From Chlorokybus atmophyticus (Eukaryota > Plantae > Mesostigma and Chlorokybus algae): a DNA stretch of 64,000 nucleotides. Location: assembly GCA_009103225.1 (NCBI GenBank), contig RHPI01001428.1, positions 184,158 through 248,157 on the forward strand, in the 5' to 3' direction. Both the position numbers and the translations under genes were made by a program. Shown here piece by piece: positions 36,630 through 47,237 of this stretch; within the stretch, counting starts at the first letter, position 1, and each line of letters starts with the position of its first letter. Below the pieces are notes generated by a model, which saw nothing but the letters and a program-made list of their open reading frames with translations, made no database searches and was not told the DNA's origin.

Positions 36630-38692
36630 ATGAGGGTGACGGTGAGCGTCGCGGATGATGAGCGCGTGGTGGCCCTTGACGTGGATGGCAGCACTGTCGC
36701 CGACGACGTCAAGGCGATCCTGGAGGCGGAGGTGGGTTGTCCTTGTCATTGTGGTCGTCGTTGTTGTTGTTATCTGGGACGGCGTACTCAACGGGCATGC
36801 CCCCCACGTAGACGGACATACCTATGGCGCAGCAGCGGCTTGTGTTCAACGGGAGGGAGGTGAGGGACGGCGCGACGATGGCGGCGGCGGGCGTCGGGGA
36901 AGGAGATCTCATACTCCTCGTCAGACAGCAGCAGCAGCAGCAACAGTGAGTGAGCAGAAATGTTTTTTTACGCAATTGTTTCATTCACCTTGCATGGCGT
37001 AGCAAGCATGAAGGTGTGGTGTTGAGTGAGGCGAACAAGGCCGTTGCTGTGGGAAGGAAGGCTTCTGCATGCTGAAATCTTATTTCCGCCTATGTGCTTG
37101 AACCAATGTGACTGTGCAGCATTCCTTAACATGATATGCAAGGAATCTCATGCGCATAGTGTGCGGCAGCCTTGTGAACTGGCATGATTGGAGCAGTTGT
37201 GTTATGCCACCCGTGTGTATCTTCTGACATGACACCGAGTTCAGTCTTCAGAGTATTCAATACGTGACATTACATCAGTGTCTGTTGTTTTGCCTTGTGA
37301 CCTTCAGTGCTTACGCACTGCGGCTTTGTTTGTTTGGCTACAGAGCTTCTCAACAGCCCGCGAATAACCCCACTGCCATCAATGCCGACGGCTCTGCCGT
37401 CAACCCCGCCGCCTTCCAACAGTTTCTGCACTCACAGCCCCAGCTGATGGCCCAACTAAGACAGGTACAAATCCATAAAAGAGGATTGTTGTTCTACACA
37501 CCCATCATCATCCTCATCCGTGCGCATGGGTGTTGTTTGTGCAGAATGCGCCAGAGTTGGCGGATGCGGTGACAGCTGGCAACTTGGACTCGATGCAACG
37601 TCTGTTGCGGCTTGCGCACGAGCAGCGTAACCGGCGTGCTCAGCTCGAACGTGAGCTTCTGACGGCGGACCCTTTCGACGTGGAGGCGCAGCGGCGGATA
37701 GAGCAGCAGATCCAGCAGCAGAACATCGAGGAGAATTTATCGGCGGCGTACGAGCACACGCCCGAGGCGTTTGCGTCCGTGCACATGCTGTACGTCGACA
37801 TCGAGGTCAACGGACGCCCACTCAAGGCGTTTGTGGACTCAGGCGCCCAGATGACCATCATGTCCGAGACGTGTGCTGAGAAGTGTGGCGTCATGCGCCT
37901 GGTGGATAAACGCTTCCAAGTATGTGGACATTGTATTTCGGACGGGTGGCACTGCACGCACACGTGCACACGCAGCAGTGACTGTGCATGCAAGCACGCT
38001 CACTCCTAGTCTCAGTTACATGCATACACACTCACTCCTAGTCTCAGTTACACACACTCTCTCTCCCACACACGCGCACAGACTCGCGCGCATGCTCACA
38101 CGTGCACTCTCAGCACACGCGAACTGCGGTGCACATTATCAACGTTCTGGTCGTTGCTGCACAGGGTGTCGCGGTTGGGGTGGGCACATCCAAGATAGTC
38201 GGGCGCGTGCATCTGGCGCAAGTGAAGATCGGCAGTCTGCACATCCCCTGCTCCTTCACCGTTCTCGAGGGCGACCAGCCCGAGTTCCTCTTTGGTCTAG
38301 ACATGCTCAAGAAGCACCAGTGCAGCATCGACCTTAAGCAGAACCTCCTCATTATCCAGTCCGGGGACGGCGTGGTCGTGCCATTCCTCGGCGAGGGTGA
38401 GATCCCCAAGTCCATCCGAAACCACATCCCGGACCCCGCCAGCGATGCACAGAAGGCTGCCGCCTCGAGTCAAGGACAGATCGCTCCCGCACCAGCATCA
38501 ATACCCAACGTGCCGTCCGCGCCGCCGACACAACCACAGCAACAACAAGCGTCGTCGTCGAATCAGGAATATGAGAAGATTGCCAGATTGATGGCGCTCG
38601 GGTTCGATAGAGGGGCTGCACAGCAAGCGCTCCGTGCGTGTAATGGCAATGAAGAACATGCCGCTAGTTTGTTGTTTGACGGGGGATGTTAG
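36630..38692 (+). CDS. DDI1: DNA damage-inducible 1 (UBL, retroviral-like aspartyl protease, UBA)
   Basis: UBL MRVTVSVADDERVVALDVDG. ADPFDVEAQRRIE and HTPEAFASVHMLYVDIEVNGRPLKAFVDSGAQMTIMS (catalytic DSGA). FLFGLDMLKKHQCSIDL. UBA IARLMALGFDRGAAQQALRACNGNEEHAASLLF. Confidence 0.97.
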
Positions 38693-40552
38693 GGTGTGAG
38701 ACCGCGCATTGCTGGCTGGGCTGTACTGTTTGGCGTATCTCTTGTAAATGCTCTCTTTCCTCTCCTACTCAGCGAGTGCGTGCAGGTATGCATTACGTGT
38801 GCATGCTTGTGGCGCAGGTGCTGTCGTCGCATTGTATGGAGTACGTATAGAGTTATCTTGCCACAAGCGAGAATGACGTTTATGAAGTTCTCGATTGTGG
38901 TAGTGTGCACAATGATCACATTGAGGTGAATGTTGAAGCAATGAATACACTCCATTGTATCCAACAAACATTGCATAATCGCTGTCATGATTCTTGTGTG
39001 TAACCAATAGCAATCGCTTTAAATACCATAAGTTGTTGAATGATTGGTAGTGCATTTATTGCTCAACAAAAGTACCACTAAAATGACGTGCTGAAAGATG
39101 GGCGTGCTTAAATAAACATTGCTTGATACTCGAGTAAATAATGTATGTTTTACGCTAGTATACGCTAGCCTGCTATACAAATGAGTGAATATTGCATGCG
39201 CATGCAAATAATTCTTTAAATAAGTACGAGCTTGTATGTAATTGGAGAAGTGTTTGTGAACTGTAGTTTACAAATTGTGGTTTATAATTCCACTGGATAA
39301 TTTCCCGCGGTATGGTATATGATATAGGTACTTGATACGAAGTAGGTATTTAATTGCCCGGATCGTTTGATAATGCTACAAGAGAATCTAAAAAGGTTGT
39401 AAAACATGCAAAACCTGATACTGGTAAACACGCATATGCATCTCAAATTCACCAAGTCTACGCTATCGTCGTCCACAACTAAGGCATGACATCATCATGT
39501 ATTAATTGTGGACACGTTGGCAATCATCAAAGTTCTTTTACTGTTACTGCTCTTCATAATTTATTGTGATTAATCATGAGTAACCTAAATGGCCATGTTT
39601 ATTCATGATCAATCATGTGCATATATAATATATCTGAATTTTAAGATATATTACATGCAAAACTCATATGGGTTTGGCACATACTATATTTTCGATATTA
39701 CAAAAGTTGTTCCCCATCGATACTCGATTGAAACTACCTTCAGCTTCTGTTGAGATTTAGTGCAATGGTGGTGCCATGAATATACACACTGGCTATCATA
39801 AATGGCACAACTTGATATGTGTCCATGACATCATATCAATTTGCCATGTCTTGCTTTTTTAAGTACCAGACAGAAGATAGTATGAAACCTTTATCAGCGG
39901 AAGCGCATGCATGCGGTTCGCTGACAGGGTCCAATTTGAAGTTGGACAAGCACAAGTTCAAGACCATCAATTTCATCGAAGCTGATGCGGTCCGCTTCAA
40001 TGAGCACACAGCGTGATCGTTGATAGCACGGTCCCGCATCGTCATCATGGACCGTGCTGATTCATTGGCAGCATATGCCTGCCTGCAGCCCCCTGAAAAC
40101 TCCCCGAAAAGGCCCGGTACAGCCGGTCTGTTTCAATGATGCCATGCATCGCATCACCAGAGGCCCCTTTTGGAAGATGTGGTTGGGTTGAACCGACTCA
40201 ATTCGCTCATCACACTGGTAAAAGCATGCAACCATGGTGACAAACGCTCATGAACCTTTTTGTCTGGTGGGTTCAGATTCTCTCTCATTTCCTCGCTGTC
40301 CGGACCGGACCAGGCCTATCAACGTGCAGTACGTGTATCGGTCAGTTGCTTACGTACGGGCAAGCTGTTGTCTGACGTTGTGTGTGCACTGAAGAAGCAG
40401 TCAACAATGCCGCCTTGCTTGGCATAGTGTATCAGTTACTGACCAGCAGTAGTAGCTGTGTGTAGGTTGGCCAACACTCTTAGCACTCACATCCACAAAG
40501 CAAGAGTAGCACGCAGTCTGCCACATTTGGCGGAGGTACTGTGACCGTAACC

Positions 40553-42178
40553 ATGGCGAGCTTCTCTCTGTGCATGCTGCTGTGCATGTCCCTCTCGGCA
40601 TTGCTAGCGTCCTCGTCCCTCACCGCCGCCCACGACACTTGCGGCAACTACTCCGTCCCCGCGCACAGGCGCCAGGTCACCATCGACTACCCGCGCCTGT
40701 ACCCGGAGTCGGTGGAGTGGGACAGATGCAGAGGACGGTGGATTGTGGGATCAGTGCGAACACCAGCAATCTACCAGGTGAGACATGCCTGGTGTTGCGG
40801 GTATGTGTGGAGTATGTTTGGAGTATGTGCATGCGTGCACATGCGCGTGCATGTCTATTTGTGTGGCGGGTGGTTGTGCTGTGATTATGTGCATGCGCGT
40901 GCAATACTTGTGCACGCGAATGTTCTTCTGTGTGGTGTGTCACACATCACACGGTGTTGCTGTCACTTGGCAGCATTGTGTTGTTTACAGCTGGCATTGC
41001 TGAGTGCATGCGTGGTGAACAAACAGGTGAACCCGAGGACGGGTGCGGTGAAGGTGTGGGCTCGCTTCCCTGATCACCTGGTGAAGGCGGGCGCCACGGG
41101 CAGCTTCGGCATCCAGCTGGACACCTATTACAACCGCCTCATAGTCACCACCGCCAACACAACCGGCCCATCAGTGAGTTAAAGAGGGTGAGGACACATG
41201 CATGTGAGATGATACTTCTCACCAACCCAATGCAACCCTTTCTGCAGCTGGAGTTTGTGCTCAAAGTTGGCGTTTACACCGGCCTTGCTGCTTTTGACCT
41301 GAAGACCAGGCGTTTCTTGTGGTCTGTTGACTTGCGTACTACTTTAAGCGAAGATCAGAAGGTCGGTCTCCACGCCGTCAACGACGTGGTGGTGGCCCCC
41401 GACGGCGCCTCGTACGTCACCGACACGGTCGGCGGACTCATCTGGCGCGTGGGTAAGGACGGCAATGACGCCGAGGTGTTTGTGGTGGACCAGGAAACAC
41501 TCGGGGGATTGCCCATCTTTGGAGCTAATGGAATTGAGTATTACGACGGTAGCATCATCGTGGGCAATGCGGCCAAAAGCAGTGCAGTGAAGGTCAGCGG
41601 GGGTCTAGCTGTTGTTCATGCATCATGCTGTTGTTGCAATAGATGCTGATGGAGTGCTTTGTTGCTGACAGATTCGCCTTAGTGATAAGCAAGTGACCCC
41701 AATCAGCATCACTCCACCACTGGAGGGGCCAGACGGCATTCGGTTTGTGGATGGCCAGCTGGTTGCCGTGCAATCTCAGAATCAGGTAAGGACGCAATGC
41801 ACCCACCGACGCAAGCATATTGTGTATACATACAATGCACTCACAGATATGCACACATGCGCATGCGTGCGCGCACGCACGCACGCACTGGCAAGTGCGC
41901 AGTTGCAGGCATACATGCGCACGCGTGCAGGCACTCAGTGTCTCACTCGCACTTTCACACTCCCTCCACAGCTTGTGGTTGTGTTGGAGTCCGCGGACGG
42001 GTGGGACACCGCTCGTCGCGTGGCCTCATACGAGCTCGTCGGGTTTGAACCTGGTCAGGCGACTGCAAGCGCAGTCAACAGCAAGGGTCAGCTGTGGGTT
42101 GTTGAAGCGTTTGTCGGCGACAACGCCCTCCCCGAGCAGACGCGGCAGGTGTTCGGGCTGACACGCGTTGGGTTCTAG
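40553..42178 (+). CDS. Secreted SMP-30/gluconolactonase (SGL)/NHL-type six-bladed beta-propeller protein
   Basis: Signal peptide MASFSLCMLLCMSLSALLA. Blade motifs LYPESVEWD, SFGIQLD, AVNDVVVAPDGASYVTD, GANGIEY, LEGPDGIRF and LESADGW. Five GT-AG exons. Confidence 0.8.
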
Positions 42179-43280
42179 CGTGTCATCGGAAATATAGGCA
42201 GTATTCTTTGCTGAAGTAGATGTTTGGTATCTTGGAGTACAAACAAATTTTGTATGTTAGAGTGCTAAGGATCACAGAAGAATGCAGCAATCTGTTGCTG
42301 TTGGCATTGTAGGCCGATTGTATCTGGGGTGGAGGGCTTGTGCCTGTGCACTCAGAGGACATGTCAACTGTACACCTGCTCGAGCTTGCATGCGCATCCG
42401 CGTGTACAAGAGATAGTATGCCGCATGCATGGGGTGTTGACGACAGCAAGTACATGCATGAAATTCAACCATGCACCTGTGTGAGCGCTCATGCCTATGT
42501 GGAGGCATGCGCGCTCCACACTGTAGTCAACTTGGGATCAGCAAGAATAGCGTAGGGTATAGCACAGCATGTACATTCCCTTCCACATGCAATTGAGGCT
42601 GACAATCATAGTTCAAGTACCTGAGCTTGCCCTGAGATTGAGGCGACATTTGCACCAGGTGCTCTGGACGCAATACCCACACCTTGAATGAAAACCAGCT
42701 CCACCAGAAAATTCCCGAGTCTCTATATATACACAACGCTGGTGCTACACAAGGACATGTTTTCTACACGTGTTATCCGCATAGAGTTGGTAAGGTTGCT
42801 GTGCAACAAAAGTTCATGCAAATCTCGACTTGCTTTCCCTCTGTGGCAGATATACCACCTGAGACTCTACTGCCCAATGACAGAGTAGGGTGTCGCTGAT
42901 TGTGAGCACGACATTCACAGTTCAAACTACTCCATATACACATGGTATGTCAAACGTAACATGTGACAACAAGGGCGTATATCCATTATGTACCATATTC
43001 GTTGGTATGGAAGCAAGATACCAGAGCCGTGAACTGCTTGCCTTGTGAGCAAAACAACAGTGCAGTCCAGAACACTGGTGGCATAATCTACATGCGTGAG
43101 CAACAATCACTGGTGTGCAACGCAGATTGGAGTCCTGCACTGCTAGAGCCAGGATATGCAAAATCAGCATGCACCAATGCCGCAAGCTGAAACTGCCAAA
43201 GAAAAGGCACGCTCTCAGGGGACCAAAAGCACAAGGAAACCGCAATTCAATTACAAATGTTCACGCTGCATATAGGCAAT

Positions 43281-44413
43281 CTAAGGCTTCTCAGCCTCAG
43301 CTGCCTCCTCCTTGGCCTTCTTCGCGCGTTGGCCAGCACGGCGCACGTTCATGCGCTCCAAGCGCATCTTGCCGTACGCTGAGGCCTCCTTCATGGCATC
43401 TGTGATAGTCACCAGCTCCACCTTGGCTGCGGCAGTCTTGACGGCCATCAGCGGGCCAGTCAACTGGGAGGCAGTTGCCAGCTCCTCAGGAGCAGAGTCA
43501 CCAGCCTGTGACACAATAATCACTCAGCATTCTGCCAAATCAATAACTTGCAACCTGCATCCAACAATGTCCACAATCTCTCTTACCTTCGGCTTGTTGG
43601 TGCGTCGTGGGAACACAATGAGCTTGGATCGGTAAGCCTTCAACCTCTGCACATTCTCCTGCAGGCCTTCCAGCGAGCGGTTCTTGCGGCGGTGGTCAAC
43701 AGCGATACCAATGGTTGGTGCAAGCTTCCTGGGGATGCCTGCCTCCTGCCATGCGCAAAACGGATGCTGACTACACAGCACTGACGAAACGCCAACCACA
43801 CCGCGCAATCAGACAAAGCCAAGTCATGGGTAACCATTTGGCGACAGACTGCTAGTATATACCAGTGCGACATTTGCTCATGATGGCATTGTAGTGCTGG
43901 GCACGTGGCTGCGATGGACGTCTGTTGACTTGAAGTCGTGTCATCATATGCAGTAGTGCAATGCCACTGATTTGTTGAACAATTTGATAGCTTCCTAAAA
44001 TAAAATAAGCATGCGCCCGTTGCACCCTGGGTTTCAATGAAGCTACCCGCAGAACTGGCCACATATAGCGGGCCATGGTGAAGTCTTGCATATTTACCAC
44101 AGCGCAGTCAGCCAACCTGACGCTTCTAATGAAAACAAACGGCGCCAAAAAAATCTATAACAACACTGACCTTGAGCTCCTCCAGTGTGAAGCCGCGTCC
44201 AGCCCGAACCTTGGAGTTGTACTTGACGGTCTGACCATGCACAACCGGACGCAGCGCACCGGCAGTGGGGCGGGGGAAAACGCGAACGGCCTTCTTTTGC
44301 CTGGCAACTCTCCGCCTCAGCTTGCGCGCAGGCTGGTTGAACCAGGTCCTCACGTAATCCTGCCAGTTCTTCTTGAAATGCTGGTTGGGGATGACATTGT
44401 TGTGCCGCACCAT
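43281..44413 (-). CDS. RPL13: 60S ribosomal protein L13 (eL13), 3 coding exons
   Basis: [31 protein letters not shown]...[12 protein letters not shown]|[48 protein letters not shown]. Confidence 0.98.
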
Positions 44414-45206
44414 TGTGACCTGTCACCGCCTGCTACACAAACAACGCGTACATCACCTTCTGCAGTAAGTGATCAGTGACTTGACTAAATCATCTGAGGT
44501 AAAACAGGCTTAAATGCTAGTGTAGAAGCAGCTCAAGCGGGCACTGTTTCCTGCGCAAACCCTAAAGTCCGCAACTTGCATGAACTGCTAGCATAACGCC
44601 TACATAACATGCAGCCAGCAGATCTGCACATTGGTACTGAGGGCGAGCTAAATTGAAATCCGGTGGATTTTAACCTAAGCGACAACCTAAGCGACAACTG
44701 TTCAGCCCACGCAACTTCGGCCCCACCCAGCCCTGGTCCAGCCCGCATACATACAAACCCCGCAGCAAACACAGGCCAACCATGAGAAGCACAGCGCCAC
44801 GACTACACAAAGCCACAAGCCAGCATTCGCAGTTAAGCCCCACAAACGCACCTGCTCCTACGCCCCAACCGGCGGCGGCGGCGGCGTCCGCGGCAAAGAG
44901 GCCGTCCAGAGCGCCCAACCCAACCCTAAGTGCAGCCCTGCCGGCGGCGCTGCCACAAGCGCCCGTACGCCGCTCCGACTGCTTCGATTTCACAATATCT
45001 AAACCCTAGAATGCAGGAGCGTCGTTCGATCTCACCAGGGCTTGTGATCTAACCGTTGACTGCGCCGATATCCGTGGTCGCGTTTGCTCTTGGTCTGCGG
45101 GCGGCAATTTGATTGTCCTCTTTCTGGCCGCCGTCGTCACCGCCGCCGCCGGTGTGGTCAGGGTCGTCACCGTCGTCAACCGGCGTCCGTGGCTGGTGCT
45201 GCAGCT
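44414..45206. promoter_or_regulatory. Bidirectional promoter and 5'UTR region shared by RPL13 and RPS16, with telo-boxes
   Basis: AAACCCTA at 44556 and 45001, CAACCCTAA at 44921 and a tandem AACCTAAGCGAC x2 at 44672. The flanking ATGs are divergent. Confidence 0.7.
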
Positions 45207-46246
45207 ATGGAGGTGAGTGGTTGTGGTGTTGTCTTTGCCGCCGCTATGGCGGCGGGTGTATGTCGTTGGAGTGTGTGCGGCGGGGTGGGCTTGCTGTGGC
45301 CTGGGCGATTGTGAGGTTGGTTGCTGGCTGATTGCTTGTGTGATGGCTTGTTGATGTGTGAATGCGGTTGTGTATGTGCAGTCGGTTCAGACCTTTGGTC
45401 GTAAGAAGACGGCGGTGGCCGTCGCATACGTCAAGCGCGGGCGCGGTCTGGTTAAGATCAATGGTGAGCGCATGCACTTACGTTGGCTAGGAACGGTGCG
45501 TGCTGATGTTGTAGTGGAGTAGCGTATTTGCCATCTGCCCTACGAGTTACTGTGACAGATTCAGTGCTGATTACAGTTATCTGGACAATGCAGATAGCTA
45601 GCAGAGCTGTGTTAACAGCAGCGCATGTTTGCAGTCACTTGCCTTGTTGCGGAGGAGTAGTTTTTAAACGGCGAGCTTTTTTCACTGTTGCTCATGAGCA
45701 TATGCCCCGCAGGGTGCCCAATTGAGCTTGTGCAGCCCGACACATTGAGATACAAGGCTATGGAGCCCATCCTGCTGCTGGGCAAGCAGAGGTTTGGCGA
45801 TGTGGACATCCGCATTCGCGTAAACGGTGGTGGTCACACTTCTCAGATCTATGGTGAGACTTACGAGGTGTTGTTATCATCAACGTATGGGTTTTCAGAA
45901 CAGGAGTGGGGTCTAACACCGGTAATGCTTATGCAGCCATTCGGCAGTCCATTGCGAAGGGCCTCGTGGCGTTCTACCAGAAATGTATGAGCCATGCAGT
46001 TTGTTGAGTCATTGTTGGGTGCACTCCATGGCGATCATAGATGCGTGAGCATCTTGCATTCTGGCGTGTGTTAATCTATTGTTGTGTTGTGGTGCTTCAG
46101 TCGTTGACGAGCAGTCCAAAAAAGACATCAAAGATATTCTGCTGCAATACGACCGCACGCTTCTCGTGGCTGACCCCAGGCGTTGCGAGCCCAAGAAGTT
46201 TGGTGGTCGTGGTGCTCGTGCTCGCTTCCAGAAGTCTTACCGGTAG
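45207..46246 (+). CDS. RPS16: 40S ribosomal protein S16 (uS9), 5 exons
   Basis: ME|[28 protein letters not shown]|CPIELVQP...[14 protein letters not shown]|[16 protein letters not shown]|...[31 protein letters not shown]. Confidence 0.98.
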
Positions 46247-46966
46247 AGGCAAAAATGTTTACATTAGCAAGGCTTCACGGTCGCACTTTTGTTGTATTCA
46301 GCAATTGTACCCGGGTTCTGTGCGCTTGTGTGTGTGTTGGTTGGAAAGCTGCGCACAGTACGCCAGGTAAGGAGATCCAAGCATGCAGACTTATATGTGG
46401 CAAGCTGGTAGATGCCGGGCATCGCTGTTTGCGGCAGCAGTTCATCTGTTCATGTGCAGAATAGTGATGCTCCGGAGAATCTGAGAACAGTGTAATCAGT
46501 GACTGCTTGTTACTACTTGCGACTAACACAGTGATGGCGTAGAAAACAAATTCTTTGCATTGGTGTGCCATCATCCGTAATGGCGCTTATGTCATGCAAG
46601 AATGCGTGACGATGGCCTCGACAGATCTGTGGCGACAGTGTTACATTGCATGTCTCAATTTCTGTGCACATGCATGTGCTATGCTCGTAATTCTTGTCAA
46701 TATGGCCACATTGCGTCTTTTGTACACATGTGCTCATTTTAGCTCACCATCTCTTGTGCACCCTGCGGCTATGCACTTTGTGATATGACACATACAACAC
46801 AGTCGCAACTTGGTGAATCGTTGTGGGCGAGGGCACATCCTTGATCAAGGTTCATCTACAATGATTGTGCACAAGATAGGAATTCGGCCATATGCACACA
46901 CAGGAGACACACAGAGAGGGATAAGGTGCAGCAAGCTAAATCATTAGTGCAACACAGCAGCAGTCA

Positions 46967-47033
46967 GCAATTGTGGCAATTGCATGCATGTGCTTGCAAG
47001 TGCATAGTACATGCATGCAATTGCCACAATTGC
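46967..47033. repeat. Perfect inverted repeat (25-bp arms, 17-nt loop) between the convergent RPS16 and LptF/G 3' ends
   Basis: GCAATTGTGGCAATTGCATGCATGT ... ACATGCATGCAATTGCCACAATTGC. Confidence 0.9.
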
Positions 47034-47237
47034 ATGCATGTATTGTAATTGCATGCCATAAGTGCATAGTACATACTGCATGATGCTGAACAGCATCGCG
47101 CAACTACCAGCCATGAATCACAACTGCGCCACTTTTCAGACATCTATGCGTGCCTCTTGCTATAAGCGCAATCAATGTTACAGCTACACAAAGCTGACCG
47201 TGCTCGATTATGGCTTTATACGCCAGCACCTTCTGCA

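Noticed and set aside
36630-38692. Retroviral-type aspartyl protease motif suggesting an LTR retrotransposon
   Set aside because: It is flanked by UBL and UBA domains and has spliceosomal introns, so it is the cellular gene DDI1. No gag, RT, integrase or LTRs are present.
43805-43951. Possible box C/D snoRNA in an RPL13 intron (ATGATGA at 43947-43941 and CTGA at 43812-43809, minus strand)
   Set aside because: It is long for a C/D RNA (about 147 nt), has only a 3-bp terminal stem, and I could not recognise an rRNA-complementary guide. It cannot be supported without snoscan or Rfam.
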